The notes under the pieces: model-generated
Told to the model about the DNA's origin: nothing
What the model saw: the letters and a program-made list of their open reading frames with translations, nothing else
The model's database searches: none
Part shown: positions 16,888 through 26,693 of the stretch, piece after piece
Position numbering within the stretch: the first letter of the stretch is position 1
Layout: each line of letters opens with the position of its first letter
Made by a program: the position numbers and the translations under genes
From: an uncultured Candidatus Saccharibacteria bacterium
GTDB lineage: Bacteria > Patescibacteriota > Minisyncoccia > Phycocordibacterales > UBA9973
NCBI GenBank assembly: GCA_964496425.1
Contig: CAZBZO010000001.1
Coordinates: forward strand, 71,265 to 135,264
Reading direction: 5' to 3'
DNA: 64,000 bases

Positions 16888-19620
16888 TTAAAGCTTCCTA
16901 TATCGCGCCATAATCTCCTCCTCCACTTCCTCTCGAGGACGGCCAAATTTTAGATATGACAATTCTTTCACTTTACCAACCATTTCTTTGCTGCCTTCCG
17001 GCGCACGAAGGGTTTTGATGTTAAATGGCTTGGCTGGCACTCCGCCGACCAAGAGCTTTAAATAACAGTTGTAGTTTTCAAGTTTAATAATATCTTGCGG
17101 CGTGAAGACTGGTTCGAATTGTTTAGAAAAGACTTCGGCGTTTTCAGGTGAGACACGAAAGACCGCCATCGAGCCCACGTTGCCAAATACTGCATTTTTG
17201 ATGTTGTCTTCGAGCTGTTCGATGTATTGGTGCGCAATGTTTAAAGACAAGCGATACTTACGTGCTTCAGAAAGGATGGTCGCGATTGAGTCCGTGGTAA
17301 CGTTTTGGAACTCATCGATATAAAGATAAAAGTCATTGACTTCTTGCTTGCCTAAAATATCGACGCGAGAAAGTGCTGCCATAGAAATCTTGCCGACCAA
17401 GATAAGACCGATCAAATTGGCATTGATCTCGCCCAAGCGGCCTTTGGAAAGATTGACGAGGAGTATCTTTTTATTGTCCATGATCTCACGGAAGTTGAAA
17501 ACTGATTTTTGCTGGGAAATAACCGGGCGCATAATGTCGTTGGACACAAAGACATCGAACTTGTTAGTGATATAGGGCACGAAGTTAGCAAGACTTTGCT
17601 CCCCTGTCGTCTTCTCAGCGTTTTCCCAAAACTGTCGGATAATCGGATTTTTGCATTTAGAAAGTTTCATATCACGAAATTCTTTATCGGCAAGCACACG
17701 GCCGATCTCAAGCAAGGTACTGCCAGAGTCCGGATCTTCCATGACGAGAAGTGAGGAATTGCGGAAATACTGCTCAAAGGCTGGACCGCCAGCTACCTTC
17801 ATATCAAAGAGTTTGTTGAAAATTGCTAAAAGTTCGTTGACTACGAAGGTTTTTTGCTCTGGGTAGTTGATGTCGTATTCAAGCATGTTGAGTCCCATTG
17901 GACGTGCCATATGCGCTGGATCAAAATACACGACATCGTCGATACGCTCAGGAGGAATATTGGCCAAAATATCCTCGATATCGGAGCCGTGCGGATCGAT
18001 GAAGCAGACCCCGTCGCCGTTTTGGATATCTTGGACAATCATGTTTTTCAAAATGTTAGTTTTACCGGTACCCGTCTGACCAATCACATAAAAGTGTCGG
18101 ACGCGATCGTCTTTTTTCATATAGACATTTTTCATATTCCCGCGATAATCATTGATGCCAAGGAGCACTCCTTCTTGCGCCATTTCGATTGGTGCAGGCG
18201 CAGTGGCCGCGCGAGCTTGCTTGAGCTGAGGAGAAGATGAAATACCGTATGGGAAATGAAATATTGTTGAAAGTTCTTTCAGATTGAGCGGCATACTCTC
18301 CCCGTCAGAAAACATGCGATATGAAAAATCATGGAGCAACTCTTCGAGTTCACGACCTAGAGTTCGCTTGAAGATAAAACCATTGCGGTGCGCTTCGGTA
18401 AATTGATTAAAAGCAGATTCAATATCGGAGAGAATAAGTCGAGAACGCTCACGCGTGGCACCTGAAGCAACGATACGGATGTTCACTGCCATAATCGTAC
18501 TTTTGATTTTTTCGGTAATGTGTTCCACTGCTTGCTCGTCGACGATTTTCTCTTCGGTTTTTTTAGCCGCACCAAAAAGAAGCTCCTTGGTCGTCTTACC
18601 GATCTCTTTGTAGATTTTGCGAGAAATATTTCGCGCCGTACGCACTGAATCGCCCTTTTTTACATCTTCAAGCACGAGATGGAACTTTTTGATAATCGCA
18701 TCATCTTCCGGACAAATCACAAACTGAATCGCTGCACCTTCCCCCATGGTTTTGAGCTTCGTAAATACGTTTAAAATAATATTTAAGGGATCGTGGTCAA
18801 AGGCATCATAGAGTTTGATCGGAAAGACATCGTGCTCGGCGAGGGTGGCATACGAAGCAGCTGCAGCTGCAGATGTTTCATTGAAAATATTATAGTCGTT
18901 CGTCACTTCATTCAACTTCACATCGGGGTGTACGCCTTGAATTTGTTTTTCAAATAGATCAGCTTTATGCGACGGTACCCCAGCATAGAAAATAAATTCG
19001 TCACTGTTGTTGGAAAGTGCGATCTCGAGCGTGAAGTGGTTGCGGTTTGGATTTTCTCGACCGAGACCGACCGAATGCATACCGGCATAAAACTGCTCCA
19101 TGGCTGTGAGAAGCTCTTTAAGACCTTTCTTATTATTCTCATCGGGCTCAGGCAGACTAATTTCAAAAAGTTTCATGTCGAGGGACCGGAAGAGCTGAGT
19201 GGATTCTTTGAGGCCAGGTATAGCATGTGTCGATTGAAGATATTGAACCAGAAAGCGATGAAAATCGTCATCCAAATGAGGGCTCTTCAAATGAGCCACG
19301 ACTGAGAGAGCATTCTTAATACCCTTATCGAGCAAAATCGCTAAGAGTTCCTCCATTTTTCGATCGTGCTCTTCAGGAGAAAGCCGCAGGACAAGTTCGT
19401 CTTTTTCTACTTCAGATATGATGCGCTTCGCTGGCAAGACCTTTTCCGCCTCCAGGGTCTTGTAGGACTTGATGATTTCATGCGTCGCACGATCGCGTCC
19501 CCCTTCTTGCCCAGCTTCTGCAAGCGCTGCTTCGCGAGTAGCGATTTCAGCACGTAAAAAAGCAATCTCCTCTTCTGGCGAGTAGAACTTCGGCAACGAG
19601 TTAGTATTTTTTCCTTCCAT
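16888..19620 (-). CDS. HerA/FtsK/TraD-superfamily P-loop ATPase with ~480-aa N-terminal domain of unknown function
   Basis: C-terminal half has Walker A GQTGTGKT, then CFIDPHGSD ~20 aa later (DPHGEY-like, as in the HerA/DUF87 and TrwB families). Walker B LYIDEFQNV, then EARKYRLSLNIAHQYIEQL (HerA-like arginine finger / Q sensor). No N-terminal TM segment. Confidence 0.7.
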   Translation of the reverse strand: MEGKNTNSLPKFYSPEEEIAFLRAEIATREAALAEAGQEGGRDRATHEIIKSYKTLEAEKVLPAKRIISEVEKDELVLRLSPEEHDRKMEELLAILLDKGIKNALSVVAHLKSPHLDDDFHRFLVQYLQSTHAIPGLKESTQLFRSLDMKLFEISLPEPDENNKKGLKELLTAMEQFYAGMHSVGLGRENPNRNHFTLEIALSNNSDEFIFYAGVPSHKADLFEKQIQGVHPDVKLNEVTNDYNIFNETSAAAAASYATLAEHDVFPIKLYDAFDHDPLNIILNVFTKLKTMGEGAAIQFVICPEDDAIIKKFHLVLEDVKKGDSVRTARNISRKIYKEIGKTTKELLFGAAKKTEEKIVDEQAVEHITEKIKSTIMAVNIRIVASGATRERSRLILSDIESAFNQFTEAHRNGFIFKRTLGRELEELLHDFSYRMFSDGESMPLNLKELSTIFHFPYGISSSPQLKQARAATAPAPIEMAQEGVLLGINDYRGNMKNVYMKKDDRVRHFYVIGQTGTGKTNILKNMIVQDIQNGDGVCFIDPHGSDIEDILANIPPERIDDVVYFDPAHMARPMGLNMLEYDINYPEQKTFVVNELLAIFNKLFDMKVAGGPAFEQYFRNSSLLVMEDPDSGSTLLEIGRVLADKEFRDMKLSKCKNPIIRQFWENAEKTTGEQSLANFVPYITNKFDVFVSNDIMRPVISQQKSVFNFREIMDNKKILLVNLSKGRLGEINANLIGLILVGKISMAALSRVDILGKQEVNDFYLYIDEFQNVTTDSIATILSEARKYRLSLNIAHQYIEQLEDNIKNAVFGNVGSMAVFRVSPENAEVFSKQFEPVFTPQDIIKLENYNCYLKLLVGGVPAKPFNIKTLRAPEGSKEMVGKVKELSYLKFGRPREEVEEEIMARYRKL

Positions 19621-19672
19621 TGCTAATCATTATAGCGGTTATTGTAGTGGAAGTATAGAATTGTACAGATTA

Positions 19673-20446
19673 TTATATGAAATCTGTGAGCACTTCAGCC
19701 TCGTTGTTAGTAATGAGCACCGTGTGTTCAAAATGAGCACTTTTTTTGCCATCTCCAGTACGTATGGTATATCCGTCGGTATCAAAAATAACGCTCGAAC
19801 TCCCTTGGTTGAGCATTGGCTCAATCGCTATTACCATGCCAGGCACCAGGAGCTCACCTTTCCCCTTTTTCCCAAAATTTGGCACATACGGATCTTCATG
19901 AATCGCTCGCCCGACACCATGTCCAGCAAGCTCGCGGACGATGCCGTATTTTTTTGGCTTCACATACGCTTCTATGGCCGCGCCAATGTCTCCCACTCGC
20001 GCGCCTCCCCGAGCTTCAGCAATACCGATAGCGAGCGCTTCTTTGGTACTTTGTAATAGTTTCTGGTCGGCCTTGCTGATTTTCCCTACAGGAACCGTAA
20101 TAGCATGATCGGTAAAAAGATTTTTATATTTAAGGCCAAGATCAAGAGAGACAACATCTCCTGCTTTGAGTATTTTTCCTTTCTTTGGTATACCGTGTAC
20201 GATTTCATTGTTCACCGACACACACAATGCCGCCGGATACGGCATCTTATGCCCGACGGGCTTGTATCCCAAAAACGCTGCCACCCCGCCAGTTTTTTGT
20301 ATGAGCTCACGGGCATACAGATCAAGTTCTTGAGTTCCTATTCCTGGCGCAACTTTCTTTGCAACATCCGCAAGTATGCGGCCGAGAATACGTCCACCCT
20401 CGCGAAGGATTTCTATTTCTTCTTTTGTTTTGATGATTACGGACAT
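19673..20446 (-). CDS. map: Methionine aminopeptidase type I
   Basis: 257-aa pita-bread fold with the five conserved metal-ligand residues in position (D, D, H, E, E). Confidence 0.9.
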   Translation of the reverse strand: MSVIIKTKEEIEILREGGRILGRILADVAKKVAPGIGTQELDLYARELIQKTGGVAAFLGYKPVGHKMPYPAALCVSVNNEIVHGIPKKGKILKAGDVVSLDLGLKYKNLFTDHAITVPVGKISKADQKLLQSTKEALAIGIAEARGGARVGDIGAAIEAYVKPKKYGIVRELAGHGVGRAIHEDPYVPNFGKKGKGELLVPGMVIAIEPMLNQGSSSVIFDTDGYTIRTGDGKKSAHFEHTVLITNNEAEVLTDFI

Positions 20447-20484
20447 AAAAAATCTATCTTGATATTTAAAGAATCCCGTAGATC

Positions 20485-21171
20485 CTAAGAAATAACCGTA
20501 CCGATGAACGACTTGCCATCAAGATAATCTTTAAGATTTGAAAGATTTTTACCATTCATAATAGCAACTTCGAGCCCGTTTTCTTCAGCATATTTTGAAG
20601 CAATCGGATCAAAGGGCGCATTCGCACCAGGAAACCATTCGGTAGGAATATAACTACGGTATTCAGACCAACTTACGGTTTCAAGTTTTTTAGCATCAGG
20701 AAACTTTTTAGGATCTTTATCGTAAGCGTGGTCAATATTAGAAAGGTTGATCACTCGCATAGCACCTAAATTTGTTGCCATTAAAACTGCATCATAATCA
20801 GTACTGGCCCCCGGCTTCGGTGCGCCAATAACAATTATCGGCTTATCGAAAGAAAGAATAGTTGTCGGATCATTTATAACTTCAGGGTGGGCAAGCGATT
20901 CAAACATATTCTTCACCAGCATTGCATTAAGACGTAGTGCGGCAATACCAACCCAATCCAGCGCATCTCTTTCTGCTTGAATAATTTCTGAAAGTGCATT
21001 CTGATATTTACGACACACCTTGCCGCCGCCAGTGATAATAGCAAAAGAAAAACCTTTTGCTACATAGTCTTCAATGAGATTTTTGAATCCTTTCAAAAAT
21101 TCTGTATCAACTTCGTCTGGCACAATCAGTGATCCGCCAAGCGATATAACAATGTAATTTTTGTTTTCCAT
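20485..21171 (-). CDS. pyrH: UMP kinase, archaeal/eukaryal-like short form (amino-acid-kinase fold)
   Basis: IVISLGGSLIV N-terminus, ITGGG motif, 228 aa; stop abuts the adk start. Confidence 0.55.
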   Translation of the reverse strand: MENKNYIVISLGGSLIVPDEVDTEFLKGFKNLIEDYVAKGFSFAIITGGGKVCRKYQNALSEIIQAERDALDWVGIAALRLNAMLVKNMFESLAHPEVINDPTTILSFDKPIIVIGAPKPGASTDYDAVLMATNLGAMRVINLSNIDHAYDKDPKKFPDAKKLETVSWSEYRSYIPTEWFPGANAPFDPIASKYAEENGLEVAIMNGKNLSNLKDYLDGKSFIGTVIS

Positions 21172-21761
21172 TAGAGTCCGAGTGCTTTCTTAATATCCTC
21201 ATGCACTTTTTCAATCGTTTGCTCGCCGTTGATTTTGTACACGGTATACCCTTCTTTATCATTAAAATAATTCATAGCTGGTACCACATTGTTTACGTAT
21301 TCATCAAACCGTCGAGCTATACCTTCGGGCGTATCGTCTACTCGGCCGCGAAGTTGCATGCGCTTTGCTGCCTCTTCTTTGGAAAGTTCAATGTAGATGA
21401 TTTTAATATCAGAACGTTTATAAAACTCTACAGCTGTTTCAAATGCTTTGGATTGTTCAATCGTACGCGGATACCCATCAGCAATTAAATGTTTTTCAGG
21501 AGTCAGCGAATTCACCAAAATATTAGTAAATAAGCTAATGGTAATAAAATTAGGCTGAAGATGCCCGAGATCAAAAGTCTCTTTGACGAGTTTGCCGGTA
21601 TATGTGTCACCCTGCGTGAGCTTTAAAAACTCACCGCCTGGATACGCGTAGACTACTTCACGAGCAGGATCAGTAGCCTTCAGCACTTCCTGGAGGAGCT
21701 TCACTTGAGTGCCCTTACCAGAGCCGACAATCCCAAAAAATACAAATGTGTATGGTTGCAT
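21171..21761 (-). CDS. adk: Adenylate kinase
   Basis: P-loop GIVGSGKGTQ; LID and NMP-binding regions; in the conserved position after secY. Confidence 0.88.
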   Translation of the reverse strand: MQPYTFVFFGIVGSGKGTQVKLLQEVLKATDPAREVVYAYPGGEFLKLTQGDTYTGKLVKETFDLGHLQPNFITISLFTNILVNSLTPEKHLIADGYPRTIEQSKAFETAVEFYKRSDIKIIYIELSKEEAAKRMQLRGRVDDTPEGIARRFDEYVNNVVPAMNYFNDKEGYTVYKINGEQTIEKVHEDIKKALGL

Positions 21762-21802
21762 ATAGTGAGTATAACAAAAAACGAGTCCCCGCGGGACTCG
21801 TT

Positions 21803-23074
21803 TTAATATTCCCGCATCGAGATCTGTGCGTCGATTTTTTTGATGAGATCAAGCACTACAGAGACCACGATGAGAAGCGTAGTACCTCCAAGGGCGATCG
21901 CGGTAATACCGGTCAGTGCCCGCATGACAAGTGGCAAGATGGCGATAATACCAAGGAAGAGTCCACCGACAAATGTGATTCGTCCGACGATTTTCCCTAA
22001 ATATTCCTCAGTCGATTGACCAGGGCGTGTGCCAGGAATAAAGGCGCCGTTTTTCTGCAAATTCGTTGCCATCTGATGAGGATCAAATGTCACAGCGGTG
22101 TAGAAGTATGTGAAGAGGAACACCAACACAAAGTAACAGACCGCGTAGAGCCAGGTGCTTTGTGAAAATGCAATCAGTTTTCCAGATAGCGCCAAAAGTG
22201 CAGTGTTACTTGATGTGGCAAGAAAATTGCCGATCAATTGTGGAAACAAAAGAATAGAAAGTGCAAAGATGATCGGGATCACTCCAGCTTGATTGATACG
22301 AAGTGGGATGTATGTGCTCGTACCGCCCGTCGTGCGAAGTCCTCGCACTTGTTTGGCATACGTGACTGGTATCGGGCGCTCTGCTTCAGTGACTACCACC
22401 ACTCCTGCCACCAAAAGAAGTCCTGAAGCAAGAAGTACGAGATAGAGTGGCAATTGGCTGCTGTCGAAGGTAAAGAGGAGCTGACTAACATGAGTCGGAA
22501 GAGCTGCCACGATACCAGCAAAGATGATGATCGATACACCGTTTCCCACACCATATTCGCTAATGAGCTCACCGATCCACATCAGAAGCATCGAGCCTGC
22601 CACAATGATTGCGATATTGATGATGCGATCGAATGTATTTAAATGTGCAATAATGCCTTGATTTTCAAGCACAGCCGGCAACACCATACCTTGCACTATT
22701 GCAAGCGGTACTGTGATAATTCGTGAGTATTGGGTAAATTTTCGGCGTCCAGCTTCCCCTTCTTCTTGGTAGAGTGCCTTCAAACGAGGAACCATAATGG
22801 TGAGAAGCTGCATGATGATCGAACCAGTAATGTATGGACCGACACCGAGCATGATGATCGAGAGAGTAGAAAGTCCACCGCCAGAAAAAATATTGAGCAC
22901 ACTGAAAAATTGGCTTTGTGCCAAAAATTGCTGGAGTTTCAAGGCATCAATACCTGGGATCGGGATCGCTGCCAATAACCGGAAAACAATCAGCGCGCCG
23001 AGTACGAACAAAATACGGTTACGGAGATTACGGTCTTTGAAGGCTATTTTTACTTTTTGAAAAAATGTATCCAT
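21803..23074 (-). CDS. secY: Preprotein translocase subunit SecY
   Basis: 423 aa, 10 TM segments, conserved plug/TM2 region; lies between rplO and adk. Confidence 0.93.
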   Translation of the reverse strand: MDTFFQKVKIAFKDRNLRNRILFVLGALIVFRLLAAIPIPGIDALKLQQFLAQSQFFSVLNIFSGGGLSTLSIIMLGVGPYITGSIIMQLLTIMVPRLKALYQEEGEAGRRKFTQYSRIITVPLAIVQGMVLPAVLENQGIIAHLNTFDRIINIAIIVAGSMLLMWIGELISEYGVGNGVSIIIFAGIVAALPTHVSQLLFTFDSSQLPLYLVLLASGLLLVAGVVVVTEAERPIPVTYAKQVRGLRTTGGTSTYIPLRINQAGVIPIIFALSILLFPQLIGNFLATSSNTALLALSGKLIAFSQSTWLYAVCYFVLVFLFTYFYTAVTFDPHQMATNLQKNGAFIPGTRPGQSTEEYLGKIVGRITFVGGLFLGIIAILPLVMRALTGITAIALGGTTLLIVVSVVLDLIKKIDAQISMREY

Positions 23075-23131
23075 TGTATTTTAAACTCAAGACTCAAACA
23101 ATAGACATGGTGCAAACTCTACACCGAGAAA

Positions 23132-23596
23132 TTATTTGGCTTTTTTAATCTGAGGTTTAGAATTTATTTCGATGCTTCCCCCAGCTCCTTCGATCGCAGT
23201 TCGCGCAGAAGCAGACACAGCACAATGCGAAATCATAAGTTTCTTGGAAAGTGTCCCGGTACCCAATATTTTTATCTGTGGAATATTGCGCCCTGGAGAC
23301 TTAATGATGCCTCGCTCCAAAAGAATTTTTGGTGTCACTGTGTCGCCGACAGTAAATGCACTCTCAAGTAAAGCAAGCTTCACTATGACAGGTTTGACGG
23401 AGACAGAGTTGAATTTGTATCCACGCTTCTTCGGAAGCTTCTTAATGATATCACGAAGTTCAGGACGTTTCTTGCGACCAGAACGAGCGTTCTGACCTTT
23501 GGTACCTCGGCCGGAAGTTTTTCCACGTGCACCGCCACGGCCAACTTGTCTGGCCTTCTTATTTTTTGTTTTTCTTTTTAGTTCGTGAAGTTGCAT
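23132..23596 (-). CDS. rplO: 50S ribosomal protein L15
   Basis: MQLHELKRKTKNKKARQVGRGGARGKTSGRGTKGQ... is typical of L15. Confidence 0.9.
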   Translation of the reverse strand: MQLHELKRKTKNKKARQVGRGGARGKTSGRGTKGQNARSGRKKRPELRDIIKKLPKKRGYKFNSVSVKPVIVKLALLESAFTVGDTVTPKILLERGIIKSPGRNIPQIKILGTGTLSKKLMISHCAVSASARTAIEGAGGSIEINSKPQIKKAK

Positions 23597-23609
23597 ATAT
23601 TTTTACTTA

Positions 23610-24290
23610 TTATTTATCTTCAGGGATCACAAATGCTTCAACTTTTGGAGCTTCTGCAAGCATAGATTTTTTTGGTGCAGCAAGCGTCGCAAGTGCCTTG
23701 AGTACCGCGCGGCCAATATTGAGCTTGTTCTTGCTTCCTGTGAGCACTTTGGCTGAAATATCATGCACACCTGCCAAGACCAGCAAGTCGCGGATCGCAC
23801 TCCCTGCTACCATTCCGCGGCCATGGTTTGGAAAGAGCATTACTTCAGAACTTGAATATTTCGCGCGTACATCGTGCGGTAGAGAAAGGGTTTTTGTAAG
23901 CTTCAACTTAAGCATATTTCGCTTAGCATCCTTAAGTGCCTTGGCAATAGCGAGAGACGTATCAGTCGCCTTTCCAGTACCGAGTCCGACTGATCCTTTT
24001 TTGTCTCCGATAGCCATAGCGACACTGAAGCTCATACGACGTCCACCTGCCACCACACGGGTTACACGACGAATCGCAAGAATCTTCTGATCGAACTCCG
24101 GCTTTGGACGTTCGAAGCCACCACGGCCCCCTGGTCGGCTACCAGGACGATGACCGCCACGAGGACCCCCCGCTGCTTTTCGAAACGGACCTCGATCATC
24201 GCGAGGAGCTGCAGTTTTAGCTTCAGCTACCGGGACAACAGGTACTTCATTTTGAGTTTCGTCAGTATTTACTTTTGTATTTTCATCCAT
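23610..24290 (-). CDS. rpsE: 30S ribosomal protein S5 (with Gly/Arg-rich N-terminal extension)
   Basis: S5 dsRBD and C-terminal domain (ILAIRRVTRVVAGGRRMSFSV...); no L30 gene follows it before rplO. Confidence 0.9.
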   Translation of the reverse strand: MDENTKVNTDETQNEVPVVPVAEAKTAAPRDDRGPFRKAAGGPRGGHRPGSRPGGRGGFERPKPEFDQKILAIRRVTRVVAGGRRMSFSVAMAIGDKKGSVGLGTGKATDTSLAIAKALKDAKRNMLKLKLTKTLSLPHDVRAKYSSSEVMLFPNHGRGMVAGSAIRDLLVLAGVHDISAKVLTGSKNKLNIGRAVLKALATLAAPKKSMLAEAPKVEAFVIPEDK

Positions 24291-24317
24291 ATGTTTTATA
24301 AAATATTACATCTAGGC

Positions 24318-24686
24318 TTAGAACTTAAGTCCGCCGTTTCTTGCTGCATCTGCCAAAAGCTTTACGCGGCCAGTATATTTAAAACCATTTCGGTCAAAAA
24401 CCACAGCTGTAATCTTCTTGTCTTTTGCCATGGTGGCGATTTCTGCCCCAACTTTTTGCGCACGCTCAGTCTTCGTGCCGCTCTTCATAGCAAGATCTGA
24501 TGCACCGGCAATCGTTGTATTCTTTTCGTCGTCAATAAGCTGCGCGTAGATGAAACGGTTGGAACGAAACACAGACAAGCGAGGGAGTACACTCGTACCG
24601 TGTACTTTCATGCGAATCTTTCGCTTGATACGTATGCGCTTTTCAGTTTTAATATTTTTGGTGTTCATTTTCTTTTTACTACTCAC
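24318..24686 (-). CDS. rplR: 50S ribosomal protein L18
   Basis: ...RLSVFRSNRFIYAQLIDD... is the L18 signature. Confidence 0.85.
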   Translation of the reverse strand: MSSKKKMNTKNIKTEKRIRIKRKIRMKVHGTSVLPRLSVFRSNRFIYAQLIDDEKNTTIAGASDLAMKSGTKTERAQKVGAEIATMAKDKKITAVVFDRNGFKYTGRVKLLADAARNGGLKF

Positions 24687-24697
24687 TATCTCCTCTA

Positions 24698-25231
24698 CTA
24701 TGCTGTCTTCTTACCCTGCTTGCGTCGTACGACTTCAGTATCATAATGAAATCCTTTTCCTTTATATGGCTCAGGTTTCTTTAAAGAACGGATCTGTGAA
24801 GCAAATTGTCCCACGACTTCCTTGTCGATACCAGAGATAGTAATCGTATTCTTTTCAGCGGTAACCGTAAGACCTTCTGGGATTGGTACTGAAACAGGAT
24901 GTGAGAAGCCAAGCGCGAGATCAAGATTTTTACCCTTCACTTCAGATTTGAATCCCACACCTTCAAGGATGAGCTTTTTTTCATACGGGGTCGTAACGCC
25001 GCGGAGCATGTTTCTTACATGAGATGCATAGGTACCCCAGAGCGCCAGAGAGAAGATATCTTCCTTTTTTGGAGAGAGTACGATAGCACCGTCAGCAATC
25101 GTAAGCGTGATCTCATCACGAAATACTTTTTGCAAGCTGCCCTTCGGACCCTTCACAGAAAAGATACCTCCAGCAAATGTGGCTTCTGTTTTTTCTGGAA
25201 TTGGAATTGGTTGTTTTGCGATTCGTGACAT
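24698..25231 (-). CDS. rplF: 50S ribosomal protein L6
   Basis: MSRIAKQPIPIPEK... and two L6 alpha/beta domains; ATG at 25231 chosen. Confidence 0.9.
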   Translation of the reverse strand: MSRIAKQPIPIPEKTEATFAGGIFSVKGPKGSLQKVFRDEITLTIADGAIVLSPKKEDIFSLALWGTYASHVRNMLRGVTTPYEKKLILEGVGFKSEVKGKNLDLALGFSHPVSVPIPEGLTVTAEKNTITISGIDKEVVGQFASQIRSLKKPEPYKGKGFHYDTEVVRRKQGKKTA

Positions 25232-25238
25232 AAATAAT

Positions 25239-25625
25239 TTACCAGATTGAGAATAATGCTTCCCCACCGACAAGCTCCTTTTTTGCCTCTCGATCAGAAA
25301 GAATACCTTTTGGGGTCGAAAGAAAGAGCGTACCGTAACCATTTTTAACTGATACCAAATCTTTTACGCCCATATAAATCCGACGAGATGGCTTGGAAAT
25401 ACGCTTCACGTCGGTAATACGAGGCATTTTGTCTTTGTACACAAGCGTCACTTCAAGCACTGGGAATCCTTTCTTGGTCTTTTTAGCGATACCATCAATG
25501 TAGCCTGTCTGTTTTAAACATTCAGCAATTGCGTGCTTGATTTTTGAATACTTAAAAGAAACAGCTTCGTGATTTGCACGATTAGCGTTCTTCATCATTA
25601 TGAGCATGTCAGATATTGGATCCAT
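25239..25625 (-). CDS. rpsH: 30S ribosomal protein S8
   Basis: MDPISDMLIMMKNANRANHE... is the S8 N-terminus. Confidence 0.9.
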   Translation of the reverse strand: MDPISDMLIMMKNANRANHEAVSFKYSKIKHAIAECLKQTGYIDGIAKKTKKGFPVLEVTLVYKDKMPRITDVKRISKPSRRIYMGVKDLVSVKNGYGTLFLSTPKGILSDREAKKELVGGEALFSIW

Positions 25626-25649
25626 ATTGTTTAGAAAAAATTGTGAATA

Positions 25650-25835
25650 TTACCAGCTTGATTTACGAACACCTGGGATCATGCCTTCATTGGCAAGTTC
25701 TCGGAAACAAATACGACAAATACCGAAATCGCGCATATACCCTCGTCCACGACCGCAGCGGAAACAACGATTTTTAGCCCGAGAGCTAAACTTCGGTTTC
25801 TTCTGGGAACGCTCGTATGTTGATATTTTGGACAT
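25650..25835 (-). CDS. rpsZ: 30S ribosomal protein S14 type Z (zinc-binding)
   Basis: 61 aa with CxxC...CxxC ([20 protein letters not shown]). Confidence 0.9.
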   Translation of the reverse strand: MSKISTYERSQKKPKFSSRAKNRCFRCGRGRGYMRDFGICRICFRELANEGMIPGVRKSSW

Positions 25836-25984
25836 GAATAATATGGTGGTAAGTAAAAAGTGATACGGGAACAGGGATCTCCCTATTCGCTTCTGGCTAT
25901 TTCCTTTTCCCTGTCTCTCCCAATATCTCGTGTATTTTCTCTAGGTCTGGGCAAGCCCGAAACTAGAGGAGACACACGGATTGG

Positions 25985-26012
25985 AAGAAAAAATATAGCC
26001 CAGATCGGGCTA
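25985..26012 (-). terminator. Intrinsic terminator downstream of cmk, inside the r-protein cluster
   Basis: On the minus strand GCCCGATCTGGGC is followed by TATATTTTTTCTT. Confidence 0.5.
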
Positions 26013-26046
26013 GGCATATACTAGCAAAAGCTATCCTGGATGTCAA

Positions 26047-26634
26047 TTATTGTTGCTTTTGCCACTTCTGATAGCCATCAATGACGATGCGAGCTACAGA
26101 TTCTGGCGGATTGGCACCTGTATCAACAATCAAGTCAAAATGCTGAGGATCACGGTAATTGTCGATACTATAATATTTTTTATAACGTTCTTGTTCGCTT
26201 TTTGCTCGTACTTCCAAGCCTTCCTTTACCTCTTCAATAGTTTGAGGCACATGGAGAGCATCAGTCCCTCTGTTTATTTTATTGTCTTGCCAGTCAGTAA
26301 ATACTCGGCGTGATGCAATATCGGGATCAAGGGATAGAAAAACCTTAAACGAGTCCGGCGCTAAAAACCACCCAAGCCTCGAATCGATCACCCAGCGATC
26401 ATTTGTATCCATAAATTTTTTCTGAGTTTCGTCGATTGCTCGATCTACGTTCGCGTCCGTTTCACCGAGAGTACTCAATTCAAGTAGACTTATGTTACGC
26501 TCTTTCGCCATAGCACGCATAAAATCACCGCCTGAATAATGTGTAAAGCCAAGCTTTTCGGCCACGAGTTTGGCGGTCGTGCTTTTACCGCTTCCCAAAA
26601 CTCCCGCGATAGTGATTTTATTTCGTTCCTGCAT
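26047..26634 (-). CDS. cmk: Cytidylate kinase, archaeal-type (AAA-like kinase)
   Basis: P-loop ITIAGVLGSGKSTTAKLVAEKLG plus lid region; ~195 aa; ORF begins at TTG 26652, ATG at 26634 preferred. Confidence 0.6.
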   Translation of the reverse strand: MQERNKITIAGVLGSGKSTTAKLVAEKLGFTHYSGGDFMRAMAKERNISLLELSTLGETDANVDRAIDETQKKFMDTNDRWVIDSRLGWFLAPDSFKVFLSLDPDIASRRVFTDWQDNKINRGTDALHVPQTIEEVKEGLEVRAKSEQERYKKYYSIDNYRDPQHFDLIVDTGANPPESVARIVIDGYQKWQKQQ

Positions 26635-26693
26635 ATTTTTATTGTATACCAAACAAACAAAAAACGCCCGAAGGCGATTTTGTTATTTGAAAA

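Noticed and set aside
16888-19620. Conjugative or integrative element considered because of TraD/HerA-like ATPase
   Set aside because: No relaxase, VirB-like genes, integrase or N-terminal TM anchor typical of type IV coupling proteins; classified only as a HerA/TraD-superfamily ATPase.
20105-20488. 127-aa + strand ORF
   Set aside because: Antisense to map and the UMP kinase gene; no independent support.
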